64,000 nt of DNA from Marsupella aquatica (taxonomy: Eukaryota > Plantae > Marchantiophyta): positions 12,194,549 through 12,258,548 of the forward strand of contig OZ316896.1 of the NCBI GenBank assembly GCA_973895155.1. The letters run 5' to 3'. Shown here piece after piece: positions 1-14,004 of this stretch. The position numbers and the translations under genes were made by a program. The notes beneath the pieces are model-generated. The model searched no databases. It saw only the letters and a list, made by a program, of their open reading frames with translations, and had not been told where the DNA came from. Within the stretch, counting starts at the first letter, position 1. Each line of letters opens with the position of its first letter.

Positions 1-360
1 TTTTCTTCACCTCAACATTTTTTTTCATCTTGATATCTTACCTTTTTGTCACCTTGACGTTGTTATCTCACCACAACATCTTTGTCTCCTTGACATCCTT
101 TCCTCATCTTTACATCTTGTTCTCCCCCTTGCCATATCTTTTTTTCACCTTGATGTTGTTATCTCACCACAACATCTTTCTCAACATCTTTGTCTCCTTG
201 ACATCCTTTCCTCACCTTTACATCTTGTTCTCACCCTCGCCATATTTTGTTTCCTCTATATTTTTTCTCATTTTAATATCTTTTCCTCACCTTTCTCTTT
301 CTCTCATTGATATCTTTTTCCACTTGATGTCTTTTCTTCACATCAATATCTTTATTGCAA
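1..360. repeat. Degenerate pyrimidine-rich minisatellite (CAACATC/GACATC-TTTT units)
   Basis: Recurrent ctcaacatcttt / ttgacatcctttcctca units; internal repeat ttgttatctcaccacaacatcttt at ~60 and ~155. The same family occurs in reverse orientation at 60100-60790. Confidence 0.8.
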
Positions 361-2779
361 CGCATGGGCATTGGGCTAGTCTACAACTATAATAAATGAT
401 CTTGTCCATTTTTGTCCTTCGTCCCGTTTACGAAATGCATTAATATGGACGGGAATCATTTCTGGCCATTAGATCATGCCTAAGGTTTATTTCAACCATA
501 TGATCTCAAAACATAGGCTCTTTCATTGAACAAGGGCTCTGACATGCCGCCCCTTTGTGCCTTTTGCCGTCACTCATCAATACCCTGGTACTCTTGAGTC
601 CGGGCCTATGTTCAAAGACAAAACAACAAAAAGTACATTGAAGAATTAAAGTAGTGATAGTACAACCAAGGTACAAAGTACTTTTCTTGCACTCTGTGGT
701 GAGGGCGTGGTGGGTACAATTAATACCTACTCGCAACCACAACTTTTTTCATGACAAGTGCCTTGACAATTTACTATCCAAAATTCTCTTTGAATACAAT
801 AACTGCATAATAAATAAATAAATATTTGAATTTAAAAACAAATAATATGCTTTTACGCCTTTCTATCTTTCACTTTTGTGAAAAGCACAGGCACGGGGCT
901 AGTGAATATAAAAACAAAACTAGGGGGGGGGGGGGGGGGCGTGGGTTTACATTCATTTGTTGCACATCTGTATTGCGTACTGTCTATATTGAAGTTCATT
1001 TGAATTCGGGTTGGAATTAGTACGTCGTGTCTTATCATTAGGATGTATCTTTTCTCAAAAGTATTGGAGCCATTATTGAGTGCAGTTCATATGATTTGCC
1101 AAAATACTTTCTGGGTGTAGGTTGTTTGAATGAGCCTACCCTAAAATTGTCTTCTTTATATTAAAAACTAAAGACAAGTGCAGAATAAAAAACTGGCCTG
1201 GAGGGGGTATGGGCTGTGATGCCCAGGGCGGAGCTTACAGCTGATGGCTCCCAAACAATCCATGGGTTACCAAGCGTAAGCCCCAACACTCCACATGAAA
1301 TTGTGCATCCTTAAGGCTTGGCAAGGCTGTCATGAGACTTGGAACCCCTGGCCAGGGTCATGAGGGGGTTATGGATTTTCAACACAACTGTTTGACAAAT
1401 GGTCTTGCCCAATCTCTGTACTGGTCTAGTCTTCCTCCTGGATTTAGTACCTATGACATCAAATTGATAAGAAGGGTTGACAATCATGATTGTGAAAGAA
1501 ATGGATGAGGCTTCCTCCTGGATTTAGTATGTATGACATCGAATTGATAAGAAGAGTTGACAATCATGATTTTGAAAGAAACATATGGGGCTTTCCACAA
1601 AGAGGACCTGGACAGCAAACATCGGTGCTTATCAAACAGTCATACTTTAGATATGGATGAAAAGGAAAAGATGGACCAAATGGAGCTCAAAGCACAAGAC
1701 AACACCAGTGGGGTTGGAAAAGTTATGCAAAGTGTCCCATAAACACGGCTGTCGCCCCATCATCCATCCTTGTCACTACCAATTTCTGTCCAACTTCAGT
1801 GTGCAAAGTAGATATAATTGTTAAAAAAATATTAAAATATAAACCAAGCGTTTGTGACCCAGTAAAGAGAGGAAAACAAGGGAAAAGAAAACAAGGGAAA
1901 AAACGCATGAATAATCTCATTGGGTCTGCAACGCGTATCCTTCTATCTTTCATTCAATATAAGTATATCTCACTGTCAACAAACAAACAATAACAAACCG
2001 GGACACACATCCAAAAGGCCGAGAGACCAGGTAAAAGGGAGAAAACAAGGGGAAAACGTGTTGCATCCTGGCATGAGACTATCAGATCTGCGGCCCAAAT
2101 TAAACTATTCCCCTGACTCAAAAGAAAAGCAAATTGTGTCAGCTGTTGACAGAGTGGCATGAGATCTGCTACCCAAATTACACCTTTCTCCTTCATGGGG
2201 TTTCTTGCCTTTTGGAGCCCTTTAGGGACCCTGTCTCTCTGGATGGAGCTTTTTGTTCTTGGGAAGTGCTTTATATAGTGTGCTCCAGTGGCGAATGTCA
2301 GCCTGTGTGAAGTAGAAGATGCTAGGAATAATTTTTATCTGATTTTCCCAAACTATTTTCTGACTCCTGGATCTTCCTAGATTTAATGATGACCATTAGA
2401 TTATTGTGAAGACCATTAGATTATTGTGAATAGGGCCTGTGACTAGGTGACAAACTGGCTACTGGGACACAGAAAACCTAGCCCAATTTTTGTAAGTGGC
2501 CAAATCTTGCCACTAAAGAAAACGCTGGTGTGCTGTCCACTGTCGACAAAGTCTGGAAAAAACACAGGGCCCACACCAAAGCACCACCCTGCGAAAGCGC
2601 GTCAGGAGATTATAATAGGAGACCATTTCGGGTACAATCCAAATAACATACAATAAACACTGCCTTATCGGCGAAGGTCTAGGAAGCTCGCCTGCCATCT
2701 TACAGCTCCTTTGCGTGTCCCTCAAGTCAACAACACGGTATACGGTCCAGACAGAGTGTCTGGTCAGTCTGTGAAAGAA

Positions 2780-3070
2780 TGATTGTCACGACGGTGGTCC
2801 CTACCGTCGCAACGCAGTACTCAGTACTTTCACAGCGACCTCTGACCACAGTCAATGCACGACTTCCACGAAGGAAGGACAAAGTGGAACGTTGCACCAC
2901 CGTCGGTCCGTCGCCTTCAATCGGACTCAGTAAGTTCACCCTGACCACTGACCAGAGTCGACGGCTCCGAAGGAATGACAAAGCACGATGAACCACCGTC
3001 GGTCCAAGCGGACTCAGTAAGTTCACAGGGACCGCTGACCGGAGTCAAGAGATGACGGACTCGGAAGGAG
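2780..3070. repeat. GC-richer repeated module, probable TE fragment
   Basis: caccgtcggtcc...ggactcagtaagttcac occurs twice (~2898 and ~2993), with related tgaccac/gtcgacg units. Confidence 0.5.
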
Positions 3071-4060
3071 GGACAAAGCAAGTTGACGGGAGAAATGGAC
3101 TGCGCCGTCGTTCTTGCGGAAGGACTCTTGGGCTCGGTTCTGCAATGGGATAATGATTGGCGTACCTGAACATGATGGGACCGGTAGGAACCTTCCTTTC
3201 CTAGATTCGAACAAGACTTCGTGGACAAGTAACGTTAACCCGAGGCCTTTCTCCCACTAACCCACACGAACTCTACTTCCAGCAATCCAGCGTTTTAATT
3301 CCTAATTCTAAGAGTTCAAGGACCAAACATTTACAGAAAATTACTAAAATAATGTACTTCCTAATTTTAAGATAGTTTCACCGACCAAAAATTATCCTTG
3401 TAATTATCAAAACTGGCCTCTTATCCATTCCTTGCAAAAAGATAAAAAGTACCTTGCAAAATAAATTCCTGATCGTTTTCGCTTCTATTTTTCTGTCTCC
3501 ATCTTCATTTTCAATTATGCCCTGAAACTCACGGTCTAAAGCTTCAGTCTATGAAGGATAGATTTCACGGGTGCATTTATTTGATAATACAACTTTAAAT
3601 GACTTTGCCACTAAAGTATCACATTTTTTACAAGTATATTTTCACGTATGGAGGACAAGTTCACTAACCTAACCAAGATAACAACATACAAAAACTGTGA
3701 AAAATTTGTAAATAAAATAAAATAGTGACAAAAATATAAATTGAAACATTTTTAGTGGTAATCTCAACTATATGATAATTTCCAATTCTGGTCACTTTTC
3801 TAATGAGATGGATTAGTAGTCTAATGGGAAGACCTATGAGCTCTTTACAGCAGCACAGGCAGTAATACAAATTAAAACATTTTTAGTGGTAATGTAAGCT
3901 CTTTGACCATTCTCAATTCTGGTCACTTTTTATAAATTAAAACATTAAAAAAAAGAGACATTTTTAGTGCTAATGTAAGCTCGTTGATAATTTTCAATTC
4001 TGGTCACTTTTTTAATGTGATGGGTTAGTGGCTTAATTCGCTTTACCGCAGCAGAGGCTC

Positions 4061-4100
4061 TTGACCAGACCAGACCAGACCAGACCAAACCAGACCAGAC
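4061..4100. repeat. (GACCA)n microsatellite
   Basis: ttgaccagaccagaccagaccagaccaaaccagaccagac. Confidence 0.9.
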
Positions 4101-4285
4101 GGAGCGTGCGTGAGGAGAGAGGCGGACGAGATTCACAACACTATATAGCCAGACGTCGAACGAGACCCACAACAAAAGTTGCGCTCTTGCGTTTTTGCAT
4201 GACTCAGAATGGCAAGCGATCCCGAGGCTTTGCATTGACTCGCACACACACACACTACCGTATGCATTCCTTCACCGGAAGGAAT

Positions 4286-5490
4286 TCATCGTTCTCCAAT
4301 TTGATTCAGAGGAAATTCATCGTTCTCCAATCCGACATAGAGACATTGGGCTTCCGTCGGGAGCTCAAGACCCTGCTCGAGGTGAAGATTGGGAAGTTCC
4401 TGATGCTTGTGAGCGTCTGGAATTCTTATTACTTGAAAACTAAAACAACGATCGACAAGTTCAGCACCACAAATCGGAGAAGCCATGGACTGCATTCCTG
4501 ATACAGGATGTACTGTGCCGATGGTGGGCACTGGCACGGTCTCGAGGGTAGAAGGAGACCTGCCATCTACAGAGCGTCAAATTTGCTCTGTGGAGATCCA
4601 AGCTTTGCTGGGTGGAGATGGCGGCATTAAAATGCTGGGGCCCCAGGGCAGGCGATTGGTGGCTCGTGGCCGATGCGAGATGGGAGACCGTGATCAGCTG
4701 GTAATCTCTTCGGGGGGAGGAGGAGTTCTTCGTGTGTGACCTGTCTGAAGGATATGTTATTCTTCACCGAGTCCACTTGAGCGGGAGCTCTTGGGAGTGA
4801 AGAGTGTGTTTGTGCTTTGCCTCAACTATTCCAAATCTGGTGAGTTGTCTCAGATTCCTTTTCCTCCAGACAGATGGTGGTCCTCGACGAAGGAATACGT
4901 TTTTCCATTCTCGAGCCAACCGGAGGCTGATGTCTTGAGACGAGGTGGCGGTTTTGCTCCAAGTACCAGGATGTCGGCTGTGTCCAGAGGGTAAAATCTC
5001 GACGTATGATGAGGAGAAAGAAAGCTGGCGCGTTTCTTGAGATCGTATCTACCCGACCATGGTCAAATGCTGTGGTGGCAGGCAGATAATAACGCCGTCA
5101 ATACCTCGGCGCAGAACAGTCTTACAACAAGAAAAAAGAAACCCATCTTGAATGGGTATTGCTCCGCTGTTTCCCGGCAAGGGAATGGCGTCGGCGTTGG
5201 CTGGATAAGCAGCGGTAGAATAAGGTGACCAACGTTTCACAAGGACAGATGCGATGGACCTTGTGATCGCGGTCATCGCAGTGTACACGCTGCAATTACC
5301 AAGATCTTTTTCTGTAGCGATTTTGGACCACTTTCCTCCTCGGTGGTCGGAACGCCAGCATTGAACTCACCATTGGATTCCGTTTCGAAGGCGGTTGAGA
5401 CGGTCGCACTTCAGGCCTCCAGGCAGTGGCTCCGTTCCCCAGATGGAGCCAAGAGCGCTGTTGGTGTTGGACGGCTTGAGTCAGGCCATG
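4286..5490 (-). pseudogene. Decayed minus-strand reading frame of unknown family, probably TE-borne
   Basis: Coding-like GC content. A long Pro/Ser-rich frame (…TPPPPEEITS*SRSPISHRPRATNRLPWGPSILMPPSPPSKAW…) runs into ORF 4286-4537 and is broken only by scattered stops. Confidence 0.35.
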
Positions 5491-5989
5491 GTTGAGATAG
5501 TGACGTACACAGAATAGGAAATATTATAGGAAATACTCTTTTTTTAGTGAGGATTGAGGCACACATCCCATTTTATCTAACGTGCTACAGGCTACTAGTA
5601 GTCACGAAAAACAATGCAGATACTTCTAGTCTGCAAAATCTCGAGAAATGTAAATTGTAGAATCTCGGGAAATGTCTAGAGGTGAAACACATCTACAAAT
5701 GTAAGTCGAATTTTTGATGATATAACGAGAAGTCACGGATGTGACTTGTTTCCCCATATGGCATGTGTGAAGGGACGATCGAAAACATTGAACTCTGTGT
5801 TGTTGTGAAATTCTTGTTCCTGTGTACGATTGTCGTTTGCATTGAGATTGTTTTGTGAAATGCAATGATTCAATGATGGAACAGTCTACTTCCGTGTAGT
5901 TTATGCTTCAATGCGGTTTTCTGGGCGGTGACTTGCAATCCGCTCTGGGTGTGCGTCTCTCATGTTTTGTTCTTCTTATTCTTCCCTGT

Positions 5990-8900
5990 GCAATGGAGCC
6001 CGATACGATGTCTCAAGCATCAGCCTGCTGGAATCTCCCTGACGCGAAAAACAAGTCGGATCTTCTCGAATCGAATGTCGGTCCGTTCGACTCATCGTCT
6101 CCAGTCCTTCCAGAAGTTTAGAACTTGAAGTGGAAACAGAATGTGCGAGAGGGGTTCAAGGTAGAGTTGTAAGATCTCAATTTGCTTGAATTGCAGAGTG
6201 GCGAATCTCGTCTGCGAAGGAGGGCTGTGTCCGGTTAAACAGAGGACTGAACTCCTCGAACGGAACTAGCCATCGAACATCCTGCCAGATATCAATGAGT
6301 GAGAAGGACTCTTTCTGCAGTATTTGACTAACAATATGTAGGAAGATTGACGAGTGAAGATGTTACTAGATATCAATGAGTGAGAAGGACTCTTTCTGCA
6401 GTATTTGACTAACAATATGTAGGAAGATTGACGAGTGAAGATGTTACTGCTGCGGCCGAAAGATAGTGTAGTGGACATCTCTCCTCGTTTGCGCTCTCTG
6501 AATCACTGATTCTGTTTCATACGCGAATGATCATTACACGAGTTGATACTCCGTTTCGGTTTCGATCTGAGGAAGCAGACTGATGTAAACTATCTGCAAC
6601 TCCGTGTAGGGTTTGGACTGAAGACTTAAGATGTTCATTTGCAATCGAAATTCTACATGAGAGCATTAGGAGTAGTTCTCTGTTGCGTAGAGTTCCATGT
6701 CTTCACAACTGTCATAGGAAATGTATTCGAAATTTCTGAACAAGTTTGTGAATTGCATAGAGGTCCAAAGGAAATGTACCGATCAGACTTCGCCTAGCAA
6801 TCGACGTGACTCGAACTCCTCGTGTGCAATGAATTCTAAGGTCGATTCGCAAGGACGTCGAGTCAGGTAAGATCCCAATCAACAAAACGAAATTTTAGTT
6901 GCTGCGAGAGTAGTTCTGGTGGAATTGTATTTTCACTTACTTACTGGCTATGTAATCATCCCGTTCCCAATTTGATGTGAGATTTCCTTCTTCCACACCG
7001 AAAATTTGGTGTGGGTGTGGTGGAGATTTTCATCAGCAGCAATCGATCCACGTTTCCGTCTGAAAGATCTTACGGGTGGAACCAACCATTGCTGGGGAAG
7101 GTTCACGCTTTCGACGATTCCCAGGTGCAGTCTAACAGTTGCCGAGATTTGAGACGGATTTTCCTTTGAAAGCAATGGACATGTTGCTTTATGCACAGGG
7201 TATCTTTGCAGATTTCGAACCACTTGCCATATGACATTTTACAAGGATTGACAAGAAGTCTCGGAGAATGTCACGAATTAATTGCGGAGGGTTCAAAGGA
7301 TTGTCCTATACCCTGTTTTTGGGCACTGATGCGCAAATCATAGTCGGGGTACTTGGAGGGGACTCGCCGAACAGTTCCTGAACAACGATTGCAAAGGAGG
7401 TTTGCCATCGACCGATGCATTGCCCTTTCGACCACTTTGCAGAAACTCCTATTCATAGAACAAGTACTTCCCCTCCCCTCCCCACCCTCCTCTTTTCCCC
7501 TTCCCAAGATAGAGAACAAGGATAGGATCTCCCCTTCTTATGTCTGTCGCAGTCTCAATTGACAATATGGTACACTAGAATATAAGCACGTCCAATAGCA
7601 ATCTCCACCTAGATTTCTTTCTGTCAGTGTGGCGAGGTTTTTGGCTCTCTGATTAGAGAGTTGGTGAGCAAAGAATGAGAGTGGTATGTTACCAAAGCAA
7701 AGGCATGACTGACTATATTGTAGCTCATCCACTAGTGTGACTTCCCTTTCCATTTGGAGCTTGCATGGGAGATTTCTAACCTTCACGGTGCAAGTCCAGT
7801 CTAGTCTAAAGCAAAGGAGCAAGCCTTGTTTGTCGAAGGCTTTTAGGAGTAAGCTCTCCCTTCAGATATTAGGTGTCGTATTTGGTGTAACCACAACCAA
7901 AGCCTCAGGGCTAAGCAGAAGATCAGCATTCATTTTGTACGTTAATAGACTCAGCTTTTCCGACATTCCGAAGGGTATTGTCTACGGCTAATCTGGAATT
8001 ATGTGAGAGAAGTTTCATGCACATCACAATCATCTTGGGCAACCATACACATGCTTCTGTAATGTTTCATGTGCAATGCAACTGAGCTTATGGAACGTAC
8101 AGTAGTCAAGCAACATGTTCTTGTTGGTTTGAAGCACGACTCTCTTGTTTTGCAGGTCTTTGACAAATGTTTGACCCATGAACAACGTAATTGAAAAGCT
8201 CTCACAATTTCTAGCGGACAATCAGACCAAGCTCAAAAGTCTTGCAGCTAGCGCTCCAGATTTCTACAAGAATCTGAATAAGTTGGATGGAAGTAATCTC
8301 GATTCACTGACCATTCATCCTCGAGACTATTTGGTGGATCTTCTCACTGAGTGGAGTCGACAATTCTTAGAGATTTGTCGTGAACTTCAGACAAATTCAC
8401 ATTCTCACGAGGTTCGATGAATGTCAGTTCTTCATACGGTTTCTAACTTTTCTGATGAAAGTCTTTGCAATGTTCAATCAAGAAAAAATGAGATTTTTTT
8501 CTCAAGTACTAGGATTGAACTCATATCTTCTATCAACCACTGGTTCCTAAGGAAATATGATTTAATATGAATTAGACCAGGAAATACAGGTAAAGCAAAG
8601 GTGGGGGTTCTTTCCATCATTGCTACGTTACAGGTTTTTGTGTTTTCAACTCAAATATACTGAGTACTTTCAGATACCATCTTCTGACGGTTTTTCTTTT
8701 TAATTAGTTTGGTGGTAATACGAGACTGGTAAATTTTCAGCGTACCAGCGAAAGCATTCTTGTTATTAGTTGAATTGAGCAGTAAAATTTGCCCATATTA
8801 ACTGCAAATCTAATGAACAGTCCTCGGAAATGACATGTAATTTATGGGGCATTTTCAGTTTGCTTTGATATTACCCTGTACCCGACATTTTGTCGTCCTA

Positions 8901-11900
8901 TTCAACACCTTCAGTGAAACGTGCTCAACATTTGAAAGATCTTGAACAGATTTCTCCAATGTGTTGTTACTTTGTGGATTTTTCATAAAATATTGCAGAG
9001 ATGTAAGGAAATAATTGGGTGGGATGACAATCTCGAGAACGTATCTACTACAGATGGTACATGTGTGACAGATTACACAGGTGTGTACCAAAAATCATTT
9101 CAAGATTCATATATTTAGATACTCAGCATTTTGCAAGTTACTGAAGAATTAGGGCCTACTTTGGGGCCACTAGGAGGACTTTGCCTAGGCAGTTCTCCAC
9201 TAATGAGATGGACAAGGTCTCTCTACTGCGTGCTGTCATAGATGTCAAAGCTGGCTATTTGGCAGTCTATTCTGCATTCATACTTGATTCAGGATTCAGC
9301 AGTGTGTCGTTCGCATCTCCCTACTGTTGCACTAGTCTCAAAGCCTACAAGAGGACTGTCCTCAATAGTTATCTGAGGATGCAGTGGAATCGTAGGGCTG
9401 ACAATCTCAATCGAAAAGCTAGCTGCAACACACACAGTAGGGCTTAATGTCACGTGTTGGAATCGTTGTAAACATGTGGTGAGCTAGATAGTTTGATCTA
9501 AAATCTAGCTTTAGGTGATGATTTGCAAATGTTTCAAGCAACAGAGTATGAGCAGACTGTTCAAGAAAGGAAGATGTCGTGACCATGTTTCTCTGAAAAG
9601 AGGTCTTGATGCTGTAGCTGGGCAATTTCAGAGGTCACGATGCTGTAGCTCTGCAATTTAAGACCTTTGCCAACCTTATATCAAAGTAAAGACTCATACT
9701 CTTACCGGTGTAAATCAAGCAGAGTCAACATTAGAGGAGCTTAGAATGCGATACAACTCTTTGGTTTTGACATTGGAGACCCAATTGGAAGAAACCAGGA
9801 AAGAGGTACACTGCGTGTTTTTGGCTTTTGCAGAGGAAACAAAACATGGTTCGTTACTCGCGGCGTACACATGGTGAAGAAAAGTATCAAAAGTTCACTA
9901 ATGCACCATTGATTAATCCAGTCAATGAAGATAGTAAATCGCATACAAGAAGAGCATGTTTGCAAAGATGGGGATGAATTTTGTACCAGTCTATAGGTGC
10001 AATTTAGTACCTCTTCCGATGTCCGATACCTCCTAGCTCCATAAATATCAAGCAAGGCTCCAGGCCATTAACAATTCAAGAGTACGAACGGGCGGTATGT
10101 TACCATATAGCAGTTGAAGCTATTGTTCGGGGAATATTTATGATACTAATTTGTAATGATACACATTGAACTTGTACTCATTTTTGAACTGGGTACGAGT
10201 TCATAAAACATCATTCAATTTAATTTTACCAATGATATCCTTTGATTGTTTACATAACTGTAATCGCAGGTCATAGACCTGCAAAAGAGTCTGGATTTGT
10301 CAAAGCTTGATGGTGCACTCTCAAATATAGAGAAAGCACTAGAAAAGCAAAGTCATCTTCAAGAACGAAAAAGTCGGAATGAAGTTGATGCCAATTCACA
10401 AGAGCTGGAACAGCTTCAATCAATGAGTTTAATCAAAGAATTGCCACAGCTGGTGAGAGGTCGACCACGCACATTCCTTGCAAATACTAGAATCAATGAA
10501 CACCCTGCTGAGGTCGACGACGCTGAGAACAAGGTACTTCCCGTGACTTTACACAGCAAGCGCAGGTGCATGATATTCCGTGTTTTGAGTCTTTTCTGAT
10601 CTCCACCATGAACGAGATCTGCGTGCTGAGTAGACGTTTGCTGCTGTCTGATCTTTCAATTTATCTCTCAGGTGTGCGGTGAATGTGGACAAACAAGGGG
10701 AAGAAATGACATGAAATCTGCAAGGTGTCAACCAGAAGGTGAATCCAATGCACATGAAGCGGAGAGGCTTCGATTGACCAATTCAATCATCGAATTGACA
10801 AGGCAATTGCGTGATCAACAAAAGAATAACACAGTATTTGCGAGCATAAACGATGGGCTTGTTGAGCTCAATAGAACGCTAGCGAATCAGGTACATTGAA
10901 TGCCAAAGGATATTGTGTGCGGTACCCTGCCTCCCATCTCTGCACTGAATGATTTCAACGTGTTGCTCAAAATAGTTTCAAATTGAATCTCTCAACCTCT
11001 GAGGTGCAGGGGCACGGACGGACAAATATGGAAGATGAATACATTAAAATGCATGTCCATCCGAAGAACTTGGCTCCCTGTAGAGTATGAACGAGACTTA
11101 GAAAAAACTTGGGTGATTCACTACTAAAAACTCATTCCTTGAAGTGTCACCTTCATAACAGCCAATAGAGTTTGCAACAAAGTCATTTATTGCAACTCCA
11201 GTGTCGTTTATACGATGGGAAACGACACGGATTTATTCAATGCACATGGGAAGCAATTTTCAGCTTACATGTGGAGTAGTCCTCAGAAAAACACTATCTG
11301 GAGGCTGTAGAAACAAGCCTAAAGATGCTCGAAACAGACTAGAGACCATAAAACACAGAAAACCATGAATGCCACCTAATATATTTGTTAGCATTGGCAT
11401 GCTATGGAAGTCACAATCACATTTTGCGAGCCTCTTCTTGCCCACAGATGGTACATATCTGATAGCTGTATTTGGCCCTGAGATTTGCACCACATAAAGA
11501 TCAGTGTGACTGAGCTTCAGGCCCTTGCGAATTCAAACACACACGGAAATTACAAGTTTAAATGCATGGTTTTGCAGGTAAGAAAACTCAAAGAGCAGAT
11601 AAGGATATTGCGACAGAAGGTTGTCGATAAGTCAAAGGAGACTATTAAAGTTTCCAGGTCTCTTAGAAAAGCGACGAAGGCACTGAGTTTGAATCGTAAG
11701 CAATGTGAGATTTTGAGATACAAGCTTGAACAATGCAAAAAAGATTTGAGTCGTTACTGTGTGGAAGACATGACTTCCTGGAAGAGCGGAACATAACTGC
11801 CTAGACTTGTTTTCTAACTTTTCGAAGAGTATCCATGGCAAAAGAATCGATGTTGCAACAAGCCTTTTGCTTCCTCAGGCGACCATGATTTCATGCGTAT
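5990..11900 (+). pseudogene. Decayed multi-exon gene(s) of unknown family, probably from a silenced transposon or viral element
   Basis: Long + frames with isolated stops (e.g. 6250-6867, ending at a CAG|GTAAG donor); acceptors such as cgcag|gtcata (~10269) and ctcag|gtgtgc (~10671). Remnant motifs: GRPR (~10458), CGECG (~10674) and a K/E/L coiled-coil (11485-11796). Confidence 0.45.
6287..6448. repeat. Perfect 81-bp tandem duplication
   Basis: agatatcaatgagtgagaagg…gaagatgttact at 6287 and 6368. Confidence 0.95.
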
Positions 11901-14004
11901 TCGTTGATTTGCTTTTTGTCATTTTTTTAATAATGTAATACACGACATACAAAGTGAGAATTACAACCTGTATTTTTTAGTGTAACCAACTACATCTATG
12001 GGCAATGAACTTCACAATCCCCAGCTTCACGACATTGCCTCATGTCCAGAGATTTAGGTTGCCAGGGAAATTACTAATCTCCCATCGAAACTAGAAAATA
12101 GCCTAATACAACTGTTTGACATCCGGGGCTAACTGTAAATGGGGAGCATATCGAGCCCCCAACCAACGGCTAAGATTGGCCAAAACTTTTGCGTCTGGCA
12201 CCCTTGTCTACCACAGTAGACCCCTCTAGTATTGGGATATATCTTCCTATTTATAGCATGTTCATCCTAATACATGCTTGTTTTGACTTATCCAAAAGAA
12301 TTGAAACAATCATCATAAGCATTCATGTGTGACTAGTTTATGAAAAACAAGTATTGAAAGAATGAGTATAAAAAAATTAATAAAAAAATTACACACCTTT
12401 TTAAAAGTGAGAGAATTATAATACTTTAAGGCAAGTGAACTAATTTGAAGGTACTAGTCAATATACCTGTATAGGTATGGTACTTATGATTCAAAGAGAA
12501 GAGCCTTAACTTGGTCCTATTTTAATTTTCTGCTCTATTTGGTGGGCTCTCTATTTAGGTGATACCTGTTAATCAATAAACCATGAACAATTTAAATTTT
12601 AACATATAAGATGCACTCATCAATTATCAGAAAACTAGTCGCTTGGTTGCAGGGTCTAACCTTCTCATGCAAGTAATGAAATATACCCCTCAAAATATGT
12701 AAAATATAGGAACCTGATAAGACTAAGGAAATGATAAAAATTAAAGAGGCTACCAAAAATGACTAAATTTTAAATAGTACATAGCTAAAGCATGGACTAG
12801 GCCAGATCAACATAATAATATATTGCAATCAATTTGAATGAGACAAGATAGCCAAGGAGTGTCCCGCTGCATATAATAGCCTCAAAAATATGTATTGAGA
12901 TGTATCTTCCTATAATATAGGCGTCTCAAAGCTTCATAGCTATGTTATGGATGATTTCTTTTGGCCATAAACAAATGGCTATTTATGGTCATAACTTTTC
13001 CATAGGGTTATTGAAAAGTTTTTGTTTTGTTTTGTTTTTGAGGATCTCAAACCTCAAAATCTTGAGCTGTCTTGAGCTGTGGGCAAAAGTCCTGCTCATT
13101 GACTTAGCCATGGTGAGGAAACTACAGTATAGGTTGGGTTCCATTACCAAAGCACGATGGGGTCGTTGAAGTCAACGACGGTGAGGCTTGACCGATCCTA
13201 GCTGTTAGCATGGGGTAGCAGATCAGCCCATCTCCCGATCTGTTCGCTATCACTTTCGATTGCGGAGTTCAGTGGCACCTTCCAGCACTCAACTCAGGCT
13301 GCTCTGGCTATCTCCTGTCGTTAGTCCTGTTCTGTTCGTAGTCACTTCTACATGTAAAGAGTCGTAGTTACTTGTACAGATGAGTTCAAGTCTCTTTTCT
13401 CGTTGGTCGATCGAGGTCACAATTTCCTAGTTTGTCCCCATTTGTTTAGCCTAGATCAGTGCCGCATCTTTAGTATACGTTGTTGTCTTATGCTCGTTAG
13501 TGATTAGTCAACTCTCGTTGTTTTATCGTGACCTCGATTCCGCTGACTCCCCTTGTCGGCGAGTTGTCATTCTAGATGTTACATACTGTGGACCAACTTT
13601 GGTGTCTCCGTTCGATGATTCCATCATGATCTGGAAATTTCAATTACAGAACACAGACCACAGTAGGCCAAGTGCCCAGGAAGGACGGAAGGAGGGTGAT
13701 CTTCGTTAACCTTGGCAGTCGCTCGAAAGCAATCCCGTGGGCAAGATGAGAAGAGTCTTAACTGATTGAGTACAAATGCGGGAAATCCACTCTAACTAAG
13801 AGTAGCTCACATGGAAGTGGGACAAGTTACAGAACTTGGAAAAAACTGCAGTCCCTCGACCAGGGATGGTCATTAAATCTAAAAAACCGATGTAGGTGTT
13901 GCTGCAGCACATTAAAGCACGCACGCAGGGACTCACGCAGGGCAAGTGATTGGCGGTGAACTGAGAGATATGATTACAAATATGTACATGCCGAGTAGTT
14001 GAGC

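Noticed and set aside
30-392. 120-aa hydrophobic ORF (also 60021-60476)
   Set aside because: Translation of a low-complexity minisatellite; non-ATG start.
13180-13730. LTR-like GC-richer tract
   Set aside because: No paired LTR, canonical PBS or TSD could be identified.
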